Below, piece after piece: positions 37,801 through 49,270 of a stretch of 64,000 bases of DNA (positions within the stretch are counted from its first letter, which is position 1; every line of letters starts with the position of its first letter). Below the pieces are notes generated by a model. It ran no database searches. It saw only the letters and a list, made by a program, of their open reading frames with translations, and was not told the DNA's origin. The stretch spans positions 10,912,001-10,976,000 of the forward strand of contig OZ024756.1 of assembly GCA_964016885.1 (NCBI GenBank). The letters run 5' to 3'. A program made the translations under genes and the position numbers. The DNA comes from Eledone cirrhosa. Lineage: Eukaryota.

Positions 37801-38556
37801 TCAGAATGAAAGGCAGACTGTATGATGCGTGTATCCGAACAGCGATGTTGCATGGTAGTGAGACCTGGGCGCTGAAGGTGGAAGACTTACGTAGATTAGA
37901 GAGAAACGAAGCCTGCATGCTCCGATGGATGTGTAACAGTAATATACGTGAACGACAAAGCATAAATGAATTGAGAGAGAGACTGAGCATAAGAGGAATC
38001 AAATGCTGCGTGCAGGAGAGGCGGTTACGCTGGTATGGACATGTGATGCGTATGAAGGATGACAGCTGCATAAAAAGGTGCAGAGCACTAGAAGTTGATG
38101 GAAACCGCGGAGTGGGGAGACCCAAGATGACTTGGGATGAGGTGATAAAAGCCGACCTTACCCAACTACACCTCTCAAAGTCAATGACACACGACCGTGA
38201 CTTCTGGCGTCACGCAGTAATACAGGGTACCCGACCTCCCATGGGTACATGCTGAAGCATATAAACAATATGCCCCCCCCCCCCCCACCGCAAGGTGGTC
38301 GTGGAGGTGCCACGGCAAAAAAGCACCCAGCCCACACTGTAAAGTGGACGTGTAGGCGCCACGAAAAAGCACCCAGCACTCACTGTAAATGAGGTTGGTG
38401 TTAGGAAGGGCATCCAGCTGTAGAAATCAAGCCAGATCAGTTCCTGTATGAGCAAGGCATGGTCAGCCGACCAGACACTGCCCACAACAGGACAACCCGT
38501 CTAACCCATGCTAGCGTGGAAGAACGGACGTAAAACGGTGATGATGATGATGATGA
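34820..38556 (+). mobile_element. Full-length RTE-clade LINE (5' UTR, single ORF, 3' UTR subfamily A, (GAT)n tail); may extend 5' to 25076
   Basis: Intact ORF plus 3' UTR ending in hairpin CCATGCTAGCGTGG, GGACGTAAAACG and (GAT)n. Confidence 0.92.
35136..38255 (+). CDS. RTE LINE polyprotein: APE endonuclease + reverse transcriptase with embedded PHD-like finger (1039 aa)
   Basis: APE motifs GTINV, VQETRW, SAYAPQ, AGDFNGHVG, QLDFIL, SQH; RT motifs NYRGIKL, QFGF, FVDLEKAFDRV, GVHQGSVLSPLLF, LYADD; thumb region LHGSETW, RRLRWYGHVMR. No stops. Confidence 0.95.
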   Translation: MNLRATKHPREAPTQRPSPTSVDKCPKLRVGTINVGSMKGRAGEIVEMLERKEVDVCCVQETRWRGGSARVLVGKSQCYKFFWVGNDDGMGGVGILLADKWVDKVISVYRVNARIIKLRLVLNKTITTIISAYAPQSGLPDELKDRFYESLIHTTALTDDKDFLIIAGDFNGHVGKHCDGFNRVHGGHGVGTRNEEGFRLLEFCDANDMSICNTNFKKPDNHLITYRSGEHSSQLDFILIRGRDRWTVVNTKAFPSEECTSQHSLVVSDLTVRTRRALKQRPTWRRKIWKLKVPSTSNRFKDILLNAYDSKEEQIETFNVEENWEFLKNNLLEATDEVCGWSKTSSRRRVTWWWNNKVDEAVKAKRQAWKEWKNGGSRVHYIETKREARRQVYLARREAEDRKFKHVLQREDQKQEVFKIARQCVRDSCDVIGEKCIRNDKGELALTSAEKKDAWKSHYDRLLNEENAWEEETLPHVDPIEGPAVQVSGSVVSKAIRDMKIGKATGPSGIAAEMLKASGSVGHTITTRIVNQVILEGAIPKDWCSSIIVNCYKGKGDALDRGNYRGIKLMDQVMKVTERVIAQLIRDRVNIDEMQFGFVPGKGTTDALFLVRQLQEKYLAKSKPLYLAFVDLEKAFDRVPRAVIWWALRKLGVDEWLVKAVQAMYRGAVSKVRIGNEYSEEFSVQVGVHQGSVLSPLLFIIVLQALTEEFKTGCPWELLYADDLALIAESMVELENKFQTWKQGLERKGLKVNMTKTKVLISRRENRTQIPSGKWPCSVCRKGVGRNSILCPKCKQWVHKRCSGISGSLIKNVGFTCSSCAETASKQPQETSTTNLWEGPVETVDSFCYLGDRISNGGGCSESTITRVRTGWKKFRELLPLLAAKGFSLRMKGRLYDACIRTAMLHGSETWALKVEDLRRLERNEACMLRWMCNSNIRERQSINELRERLSIRGIKCCVQERRLRWYGHVMRMKDDSCIKRCRALEVDGNRGVGRPKMTWDEVIKADLTQLHLSKSMTHDRDFWRHAVIQGTRPPMGTC

Positions 38557-38597
38557 CACACATACAAATATATATATATATATACACACACATACAA

Positions 38598-38628
<31 letters not shown>

Positions 38629-38761
38629 TACAAATATATATATATATACACACACATACAAATATATATATATATACACACACACATACAAATATATATA
38701 TATATACACACATACAAATATATATACACACACACATACAAATATATATATATATATATGT

Positions 38762-38809
<48 letters not shown>

Positions 38810-39257
38810 AAATATATATAGACAGAGACACACACCTACACTATGGCCCCAGCCAGATGGCTGGAACAGGTAAAAAGAGTAAATATATGATTACTCACGA
38901 ATGAAACAGTTCTAGTCCTGTAGAAGCTTTTCTATATTAAAATATTTATACTCTGCTATGTATTGAGTACCCTACTTACTGTGGTTACACCCGATTCAAC
39001 CCAGAATAACTTATATATATATATATATATGAATAAAGTGGTCCTTCATCAGTGATCTTCCAACCATCATCGGTATTTCTTCGCTTTAAAAACCATATAC
39101 CTCCGGTTGGTGCGAGCAACGGCTAAAAAAAGTTGTTGGTACATGTAAATAAAGGGAACAGCAAGAGTGTAAACAAACAAAGATGGTGAAGCAATGAAAA
39201 GTGAGGAAGAGTGAGTCAAATATATGTATATATATGTGTATGTATATATATATATAT

Positions 39258-39896
39258 GTAAATATCTTTAAGTCGTTTGGAAGCCTCGACAATGCAAATG
39301 GGTAAATCTCCGGGAAACAAGGTCCGGTGGTGGAGAGAGAGATGTAAGTGGGTGTACGTTGAGATGCGTGGTGTGTATAAGATGTGTGAGATGTGTAGAA
39401 TGAAGGGAAGAGTATAAAGGATAAAAATAAGAATAACAACACAAGAGAGAGTTACCTTGGGAGAGATTTAAAGTCCCATATTTCGGATTCACATCCATCA
39501 ACTGAGGTTTTTTCCGGGGTGGGGGAAAAGGTTGTCTGTCGGACAATCCGGAACGCGTCTTTTGCTGTTTGTTATCAACAAACAGCGAAAGACGCGTTCC
39601 GGATTGTCCGACAGACAACCTTTTCCCCCACCCCGGAAAAAACCCCAGTTGATGGATGTGAATCCGAAATATATAGGGACTATTAAATCTCTCCCAAGGT
39701 AACTCTCTCTTGTGTTGTTATTCTTATTTTTATCCTTTATACTCTTCCCTTCATTCTACACATCTCACACATCTTATACACACCACGCATCTCAACGTAC
39801 ACCCACTTACATCTCTCTCTCCACCACCGGACCTTGTTTCCCGGAGATTTACCCATTTGCATTGTCGAGGCTTCCAAACGACTTAAAGATATTTAC
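39258..39896. repeat. ~640-bp near-perfect palindrome with 3-nt loop
   Basis: Centre ...GCTGTTTGTT-ATC-AACAAACAGC... (39574-39576). The ORF track shows the same peptide on both strands (39086-39442 -, 39712-40047 +). Confidence 0.92.
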
Positions 39897-39931
39897 TTAT
39901 TGTTCCACAATGCTTCAAGCAAACTTCAATA

Positions 39932-39970
<39 letters not shown>

Positions 39971-40145
39971 GTTTTTTCTTTCTCTCTCTCCGTCTTTTTC
40001 TTTCTCTCCGTCTTTTTCTAATTGTCCTTAACACTATGACTTATTAAAATAATATAATCAGCTCACTATCCGGATGGCTTCCAAAAATAATGGTTGCATT
40101 TTAATAGGGTACGTCAAAGCTTATTTGTAAAACTGTTATATATTG

Positions 40146-40210
40146 TATTTTGTCTGATGAAGGCATACCATAATTTAATTTGGTATCCCTGAAATATGTA
40201 TAATGAAATA
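40146..40210 (+). ncRNA. Minimal type I hammerhead ribozyme
   Basis: TATTTTGT-CTGATGA-AGGCATACCA/TGGTATCCCT-GAAA-TATGTA-TA-ATGAAATA. Confidence 0.7.
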
Positions 40211-40330
40211 ATATGGTTTTATAAATATAGTTTCCATTTATTAATATCGTATATATATATATATATATATGTGTGTATATATGTTATTCAGAATATTAAT
40301 AAATGAAGACATTCACATAATCAAAATATA

Positions 40331-40396
40331 TGTTTGATTATATATATTTCGAAGGTACTGTGCTGTTATTTCAGTATGTCCTCGTCAGATAAAATA
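40331..40396 (-). ncRNA. Hammerhead ribozyme motif, degenerate stems
   Basis: Minus strand: TATTTTAT-CTGACGA-GGACATACTG...CAGTACCTTC-GAAA-TATATA-TA-ATCAAACA. Two stem I mismatches. Confidence 0.5.
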
Positions 40397-40557
40397 CATG
40401 AATTGCTGTATGACATACCTCAACGGTCTTGATGGTTCAATTCCAGTATTAGCAGGATAGATATATATATATGTGTGTATATATATATGTATATATATAT
40501 GTATATATATATGTATATATATATGTATGTATATATATATATATGTATATATATATG

Positions 40558-40612
<55 letters not shown>

Positions 40613-40637
40613 ATATATATGTATGTATATATATATG

Positions 40638-40670
<33 letters not shown>

Positions 40671-40697
40671 GTATATATATATATGTATATATATATG

Positions 40698-40794
<97 letters not shown>

Positions 40795-40802
40795 GTATAT
40801 AT

Positions 40803-41286
40803 AGGCAAAGGAGCTCTTAAGAGTCAATGGCCATCCAAAATCACCGGGAGAGATGACCCCTTTAGCCTTAGTCAAGGCAGAATTCTAGGAGAAGGAAAAC
40901 TCTGATATAACACCTGCAACCCTGATGGTATCCAATGATGTTGACTTGTTCTTCTTTTTGGTAAATAGCATCTTGGTTAAGAGAGTGGGACTGGCTTTGT
41001 GCAGTGCCTTTGCTCACTATAAAAGCTTCACGGCACAGGCATTGCTTTATATCTGGAGATCTCTCTGCACTTGTCCTCACATGGGCCCAGCACTATGTGT
41101 CAATAATTGTCCTACCATGGGCCTAGCACTATGTGTCAATGATTGTCACAGGTGTAGTGTTTGTACCAGAGGTTTCAAGTCGCTGGCTGGACTAAAAAGT
41201 CACACTCGTTCAGCGCTTCGGTAGGGGTTATCCTACATGGATGTAAAGTAGTGGCCGTACTCGAAAACGAGTTGGCAGCCACCATG
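40803..41286 (+). mobile_element. Non-autonomous bipartite RTE-derived element with C2H2-like finger remnant
   Basis: Shares both ends with 8996-9575. Encodes CSVCTRGFKSLAGLKSH just before the tail. Confidence 0.55.
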
Positions 41287-41310
41287 TGTATATATATATA
41301 TATATATATA

Positions 41311-41775
41311 TGGAAACCGCGGAGTGGGGAGACCCAAGAAGACCTGGGATGAGGTGATAAAAGCCGACCTTACCCAATTACACCTCTCAAAGGCGATGAC
41401 ACACGACCGTGACCTCTGGCGTCACGCAGTAATACAGAGTACCCGACCTCCCATGGGTACAAGCTGAAGCATATAGACAATATGTCCCCACACCCTCCCA
41501 CTGCAAAGTGGATGTGGAGGTGCCACGGCAAAAAAGCACCCAGCCCACACTGTAAAGTGGACGTGTAGGTGCCACGGAAAAAGCACCCAGCACTCACTGT
41601 AAATGAGGTTGGTGTTAGGAAGGGCATCCAGCTGTAGAAGTCAAGCCATAAGCAGTTCCTGTATGAGCAAGGCATGGTCAGCCAACCAGACACTGCCCAC
41701 AACAGGACAACCCGTCTAACCCATGCTAGCATGGAAGAACAGACGTAAAACGGTGATGATGATGATGATGATGAT
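41311..41775 (+). mobile_element. RTE 3' fragment (subfamily A)
   Basis: Near-identical to 38099-38556. Confidence 0.9.
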
Positions 41776-41776
41776 A

Positions 41777-41850
<74 letters not shown>

Positions 41851-41960
41851 GGAACAGGTATGACCTCGACGGCAGAGCTCAAGCCGTTTCAACAGGTATT
41901 TCTGGACTGAAATAGCCGTCGAAATGGGTTGAGCTCTGCCGTCGGGGTCATACTTGTTCC
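41851..41960. repeat. ~110-bp stem-loop (inverted repeat)
   Basis: GGAACAGGTATGACCTCGACGGCAGAGCTCAA pairs with TTGAGCTCTGCCGTCGGGGTCATACTTGTTCC. Confidence 0.85.
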
Positions 41961-42183
41961 TATTACCCACTCTACTACCCTAAGTATTGAGTACTTTGGT
42001 GCATTATGGTCCATCTGGTTCCTTATCACAATTCCTTCGTTATATATATATATAGAGAGATATATATTCCAAGTAGTTGTGAAGAGATCAGTTCAGTGAG
42101 ACATATTTATTAACAACGCTGTAGCAGTTGGTTTTTATTGGGAATATTTGCTTTACTGGTTCAAGTACTTTTACTGACATAAT

Positions 42184-42770
42184 GTGGTGGTGGTGGTGGT
42201 GATGGTGGTGGTGGTGGTGGTGATGATGGTAGTGGTGGTGGTGGTGGTGGTGGTGATGATGGTAGTGGTAGTGGTGGTGGTGGTGGTGGTGGTGGTGGTG
42301 GTGATGATGGTAGTGGTGGTGGTGGTGGTGGTGGTGATGATGGTAGTGGTAGTGGTGGTGGTGGTGGTGGTGGTGGTGATGATGGTAGTGGTGGTGGTGG
42401 TGGTGGTGGTGGTGGTGATGATGGTAGTGGTAGTGGTGGTGGTGGTGGTGGTGGTGATGGTGGTGGTGGTGGTGGTGGTGATGATGGTAGTGGTAGTGGT
42501 GGTGGTGGTGATGATGGTAGTGGTAGTGGTGGTGGTGGTGGTGGTAATGATGGTGGTGGTGGAGGTGGTGGTAGTTGTGGTGATGGTAATGGTGGTGGTG
42601 ATGATGCTGGTAGTGGTGGTGATGGTGGTGGAGGTCTTGGTAGGGGTGGTGGTGGTGATGATGGTGTTGGTAGTTGTGGTGAAGGTAGGGGTGGTGTTGG
42701 TCATGTTGGTAATGGTAGTGGTGAAGGCAACAGCAGTGGTGGTGGTGGAGGTGATAACAGTAACAGTGTC
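42184..42770. repeat. (GTG)n microsatellite with recurring GATGATGGTA interruptions
   Basis: Directly visible. Confidence 0.95.
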
Positions 42771-42914
42771 AGCCATGATGGTCAGTTGTCACCATTAAAT
42801 GACACCTTTTATTTAGATGTCAGTTTCTATTTACAACACTCACACAAAATTATGTCTCCCCTTCCTTTTCTGGCCATTTATTATTTTTTGTTCTTCTCTC
42901 CCCCAATTAGACTG

Positions 42915-43933
42915 GAATGGTCACTACTACACCTCCATTACAATGGTCACTACTACACCTCCATTACAATGGTCACTACTACACCTCCATTACAATGGTC
43001 ACTACTACACCTCCATTACAATGGTGACTACTACACCTCCATTACAATGGTCACTACTACACCTCCATTACAATGGTCACTACTACACCCCCATTACAAT
43101 GGTCACTACTACACCTCCATTACAATGGTCACTACTACACCCCCATTACAATGGTCACTACTACACCTCCATTACAATGGTCACTACTACACCTCCATTA
43201 TAATGGTGACTACTACACCTCCATTACAATGGTCACTGCAACACCTCCATTACAATGGTCACTACTACACCTCCATTACAATGGTCACTACTACACCTCC
43301 ATTACAATGGTCACTGCAACACCTCCATTACAATGGTCACTACTACACCTCCATTACAATGGTCACTACTACACCCCCATTACAATGGTGACTACAACAC
43401 CTCCATTATAATGGTGACTACTACACCTCCATTACAATGGTCACTGCAACACCTCCATTACAATGGTCACTGCAACACCTCCATTACAATGGTCACTACT
43501 ACACCCCCATTACAATGGTCACTACTACACCCCCATTACAATGGTCACTACTACACCTCCATTACAATGGTGACTACTACACCTCCATTACAATGGTAAC
43601 TACTACACCCCCATTACAATGGTAACTACTACACCTCCATTACAATGGTGACTACTACACCTCCATTACAATGGTCACTACTACACCCCCATTACAATGG
43701 TGACTACTACACCTCCATTACAATGGTCACTACTTCACCTCCATTACAATGGTGACTACTACACCCCCATTACAATGGTCACTACTACACCTCCATTACA
43801 ATGGTCACTACTTCACCTCCATTACAATGGTGACTACTACACCCCCATTACAATCGTCACTACTGCACCCTCATTACAATGGTCACTACTACACCTCCAT
43901 TACAATGGTCACTACTACACCTCCATTACAATG
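42915..43933. repeat. 26-bp minisatellite (AATGGTCACTACTACACCTCCATTAC), ~39 copies
   Basis: Directly visible. Confidence 0.95.
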
Positions 43934-44272
43934 TGTTTCCACAAGTCTGCAGAGAATATAAAACAACAGCAGAAATGGAATGTTAATCTGATATATAAGG
44001 TATTATTGTAGAGAATATAGCCAGGATCAAATAGTAATCAGATCTCATTTTGTCTTTTATGTGGACATTGTCGTTATTAAGAAGCCTCTTGCAGGCTTTG
44101 TAATCAAATTGATGGAAGCAGAAGATGGCATAGAAACTTTACACTTATAGCAGCTAAAAGTCGTCATGGAATTTTTATATATGTATGTTTGTGTGAGTAG
44201 TTATATATAAATATATATATGTGTGTATGTATGTATATATAAAATCATTATCATTGTCTTTTCAAAATATAT

Positions 44273-44332
<60 letters not shown>

Positions 44333-44636
44333 CACATGTATATATTTATATGCATACATATATGTGTGTGTGTGATGTTTAATGTATATATATATATATA
44401 TGTGTGTGTAAATCTCTCATACTTTCTCTCACTCTTTATGCACACAAATATATCACAATATTATGTACATATGTGTATATATAAATATATATATATATAT
44501 AAATATATATATAGATACTTACATACATATATATATATATATATATATACATACATACACATATATATATATATAAATATATACATACACACACACACAC
44601 ATATAAATATATATATATATATAAATATATATATAT

Positions 44637-44712
44637 ATCATCATCATCGTTTAACGTCCATCGTCCAAACCCATGCTAGCGTGGAAGATGGACGTTAAAC
44701 GATGATGATGAT
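44637..44712. mobile_element. Miniature double-ended RTE/SINE tail (inverted)
   Basis: (CAT)nCGTTTAACGTCCATC ... GATGGACGTTAAACG(ATG)n. Confidence 0.75.
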
Positions 44713-44827
44713 ATATACATACATACACACACATATATATATATATATAAAATATATATAAATATATATACATACATACACACACACATATATATATAAA
44801 TATATATATAAATATATATACATACAT

Positions 44828-44858
<31 letters not shown>

Positions 44859-44956
44859 AATATATATAAATATACATACATACATACACACACACACACA
44901 TATATAAATATATATAAATATATATACATACATACACACACATAAACACACTCGCT

Positions 44957-45004
<48 letters not shown>

Positions 45005-45389
45005 AGTGAGTGTGTTTATATAGTTGTAAAAGTTTTTGGTGAATTGCTAAGTTTGTGTAATAAAATGAAATTCTACACCGAAGCAATGGTGTATATATAT
45101 ATATAAGTGATGAGAAAATATATAGTCTTTGGTTGAGTTTTATACATCAACTTACTCTTATTGTTGCAGTCTAGTTTCTTGGTTCTGGTCTTCTAACGCC
45201 TACATCATAGTTTTATTGTAATATTTCCAATTATGTTTGGAGAACTGTGTGAATAGAATATATAACGACTTATTTTGTAACAGTACTCTTACAGCAGCAT
45301 CGTTGTCATCGCTGTCATCGCTGTCATTGCTCTCATTGCTCTCATCATCGTCATTGTTATCATCATCGTCATCAATGCTGTCATAAAAA

Positions 45390-48300
45390 TAATAATAATA
45401 ATGAAATAAATTGTGTAAAGTGCTCAGGTGCACTACAACTCATCAAGGGTGCATGTATAGTACGTAGAATAATACAGAGATGTCAGGGAAGTGAATAGTG
45501 TATGTGTCATGATATACATGAGTGAATGTGTATGGAGGGGGAACATTAGGTGTAGTGTTGGTGAATCTCGGGAAGCATGGAGGTTTTAAAGGATGCAGTG
45601 TCTCGACAGCTAACAACTGATGCCGGTAGTTTGTTCCATGGAGGTTTTAAAGGATGCAGTGTCTCGACAGCTAACAACTGATGCCGGTAGTTTGTTCCAT
45701 GGAGGTTCTAAAGGATGCAGTGTCTCGACAGCTAACAACTGATGCCGGTAGTTTGTTCCATGGAGGTTTTAAAGGATGCAGTGTCTCGACAGCTAACAAC
45801 TGATGCCGGTAGTTTGTTCCATGGAGGTTTTAAAGGATGCAGTGTCTCGACAGCTAACAACTGATGCCGGTAGTTTGTTCCATGGAGGTTTTAAAGGATG
45901 CAGTGTCTCGACAGCTAACAACTGATGCAGGTAGTTTGTTCCATGGAGGTTTTAAAGGATGCAGTGTCCCAACAGCTAACAACCAATGCAGGTAGTTTGT
46001 TCCATGGAGGCCTTAAAGAATCCAGTGTCTCGACAGCTAACAACTGATGCAGGTAGTTTGTTCCATGGAGGTTGTAAAGGATGCAGTGTCTCGACAGCTA
46101 ACAACCGATGTAGGTAGTTTGTTCCATGGATGCCTTAAAGGATGCAGTGTCTCGACAGCTAACTACTGATGCAGGTAGTTTGTTCCATGAAGGTTTTAAT
46201 GGATGCAGTGTCCCGACAGCTAACAACTGATGCCGGTAGTTTGTTCCATGGAGGTTTTAAAGGATGCAGTGTCTCGACAGCTAACAACTGATGCAGGTAG
46301 TTTGTTCCATGAAGGTTTTAAAGGATGCAGTGTCTCGACAGCTAACAACTGATGCCGGTAGTTTGTTCCATGGAGGTTTTAAAGGATGCAGTGTCTCGAC
46401 AGCTAACAACTGATGCCGGTAGTTTGTTCCATGGAGGTTTTAAAGGATGCAGTGTCTCGACAGCTAACAACTGATGCCGGTAGTTTGTTCCATGGAGGTT
46501 TTAAAGGATGCAGTGTCTCGACAGCTAACAACTGATGCCGGTAGTTTGTTCCATGGAGGTTTTAAAGGATGTAGTGTCTCGACAGCTAACAACTGATGCA
46601 GGTAGTTTGTTCCATGGAGGTTTTAAAGGATGCAGTGTCCCAACAGCTAACAACCAACGCAGGTAGTTTGTTCCATGGAGGCCTTAAAGAATCCAGTGTC
46701 TCGACAGCTAACAACTGATGCAGGTAGTTTGTTCCATGGAGGTTGTAAAGGATGCAGTGTCTCGACAGCTAACAACCGATGTAGGTAGTTTGTTCCATGG
46801 ATGCCTTAAAGGATGCAGTGTCTCGACAGCTAACTACTGATGCAGGTAGTTTGTTCCATGAAGGTTTTAATGGATGCAGTGTCCCGACAGCTAACAACTG
46901 ATGCAGGTAGTTTGTTCCATGGAGGTTTTAAAGGATGCAGTGTCTCGACAGCTAACAACTGATGCAGGTAGTTTGTTCCATGAAGGTTATAAAGGATGCA
47001 GTGTCCCGACAGCTAACAACTGATGCAGGTAGTTTGTTCCATGGAGGTTTTAAAGGATGCAGTGTCTCGACAGCTAACAACTGATGCTGGTAGTTTGTTC
47101 CATGAAGGTTATAAAGGATGCAGTGTCCCGACAGCTAACAACTGATGCAGGTAGTTTGTTCCATGGAGGTTTTAAAGGATGCAGTGTCTCGACAGCTAAC
47201 AACTGATGCAGGTAGTTTGTTCCATGAAGGTTATAAAGGATGCAGTGTCCCGACAGCTAACAACTGATGCAGGTAGTTTGTTCCATGGAGGTTTTAAAGG
47301 ATGCAGTGTCTCGACAGCTAACAACTGATGCAGGTAGTTTGTTCCATGAAGGTTATAAAGGATGCAGTGTCCCGACAGCTAACAACTGATGCAGGTAGTT
47401 TGTTCCATGGAGGTTTTAAAGGATGCAGTGTCTCCACAGCTAACAACTGATGCAGGTAGTTTGTTCCATGAAGGTTTTAAAGGATGCAGTGTCTCGACAG
47501 CTAACAACTGATGCCGGTAGTTTGTTCCATGAAGGTTTTAAAGGATGCAGTGTCTCGACAGCTAACAACTGATGCAGGTAGTTTGTTCCATGAAGGTTTT
47601 AAAGGATGCAGTGTCTCGACAGCTAACAACTGATGCCGGTAGTTTGTTCCATGGAGGTTTTAAAGGATGCAGTGTCTCGACAGCTAACAACTGATGCCGG
47701 TAGTTTGTTCCATGGAGGTTTTAAAGGATGCAGTGTCTCGACAGCTAACAACTGATGCCGGTAGTTTGTTCCATGGAGGTTTTAAAGGATGCAGTGTCTC
47801 GACAGCTAACAACTGATGCCGGTAGTTTGTTCCATGGAGGTTTTAAAGGATGCAGTGTCTCGACAGCTAACAACTGATGCCGGTAGTTTGTTCCATGGAG
47901 GTTTTAAAGGATGCAGTGTCTCGACAGCTAACAACTGATGCCGGTAGTTTGTTCCATGGAGGTTTTAAAGGATGCAGTGTCTCGACAGCTAACAACTGAT
48001 GCAGGTAGTTTGTTCCATGGAGGTTTTAAAGGATGCAGTGTCCCAACAGCTAACAACCAATGCAGGTAGTTTGTTCCATGGAGGCCTTAAAGAATCCAGT
48101 GTCTCGACAGCTAACAACTGATGCCGGTAGTTTGTTCCATGAAGGTTTTAAAGGATGCAGTGTCTCGACAGCTAACAACCGATGCAGGTAGTTTGTTCCA
48201 TGAAGGTTATAAAGGATGCAGTGTCTCGACAGCTAACAACTGATGCCGGTAGTTTGTTCCATGAAGGTTTTAAAGGATGCAGTGTCTCGACAGCTAACAA

Positions 48301-48680
48301 CCGATGCAGGTAGTTTGTTCCATGCTTCAGCAACTCTGAGCATGAAAAAATGTTTCCAAAAGTCATGCGAGCTGTGCTGTTTTCTGACTTTGTGGGCATG
48401 CCCACGTGTGTTAGACACATGGAAATCAAAATTGTACTCAGGGTTGTTGTTGGAAAGATGGTTAACAATTTTGTGGGTGTTTACCAAATCAGTTGCCAGG
48501 CGTCAGAGCTTCAATGTATCCATGCCCAGGGAAACAAGGCTTTCAGAGTATGGTAGAGGCCTGATGGAGTGTATGTGCTTGGTTGCACATCTCTGAACAG
48601 TTTCCAGGCGGTCAATGTTCTGAGCAAGACAGGGGTTCCAGACTGGTGATGCAAATTCTAAGTGTGGCTGCACCATAGCC
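45390..48680 (-). mobile_element. 5'-truncated CR1-group LINE interrupted by an internally amplified 61-bp satellite
   Basis: Minus strand 48680-48325 encodes LEFASPVWNP...LETVQR.ATK...TRGH...FFMLRVAEAWNKLP. 45575-45390 is the 3' UTR with (TTA)n tail, homologous to 8610-8810. Confidence 0.85.
45576..48324. repeat. 61-bp satellite (CCATGGAGGTTTTAAAGGATGCAGTGTCTCGACAGCTAACAACTGATGCCGGTAGTTTGTT), ~45 copies
   Basis: Period 61 visible. The unit equals the LINE segment encoding WNKLPASVVSCRDTASFKT. Confidence 0.95.
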
Positions 48681-48844
48681 GAAATGATGTCATCAATGTC
48701 ATCATTGCTGTTATCATCATCATGACTCCCATCATCATTGTCACTCTCATCATCATCATCATTGTTATCATCACCATCATCACCATCACCATCATCACCA
48801 TGACTGTCACCACCATCATCACCATGACTGTCACCCCCGTTGTG

Positions 48845-48985
48845 TCAGATGGCTTTAGGTAATTGGACTCAGGATCATATGGTTGTGGGTTTAATTCCTC
48901 CATTTGAGATGTGTGTTGTGTTCTTGGGCAAGACACTTCATTTCACATTGCTTTTCATGGTAGGACTGGGGTCCCACTATCGTTA
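48845..48985 (+). mobile_element. Degenerate tRNA-CORE SINE (head + core)
   Basis: GGTTGTGGGTTTAATTCC B-box-like; TCTTGGGCAAGACACTTCATTTCACATTGC; GGACTGGGGTCCC. Confidence 0.6.
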
Positions 48986-49270
48986 AAACACTTGAGGAAC
49001 CTCCAATGGAATCCAGCCTCATCAGAGGTAAATTAAACTTACATAGGTTTGAACTGTAACAACAACATAGGACTGGAACTTCTGTCATTAAAACACCAGA
49101 GAAACCTTCTATGAGAGAGAGGACCCAGTAGGAGGCCTACTAAACAGTGTTAGACTTACCTATAAACTATAGATTAGGGCCACACACCCCCGGAGGCCTC
49201 ATTTTAAAAAATATATTTTTATTTTATCATTAGTTTTTATTTTTTTAACAATAAATCATCAATATATATA

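Noticed and set aside
42171-42798. Thr-rich mucin-like / poly-Val ORFs
   Set aside because: Pure (GTG)n microsatellite with no splice or domain support.
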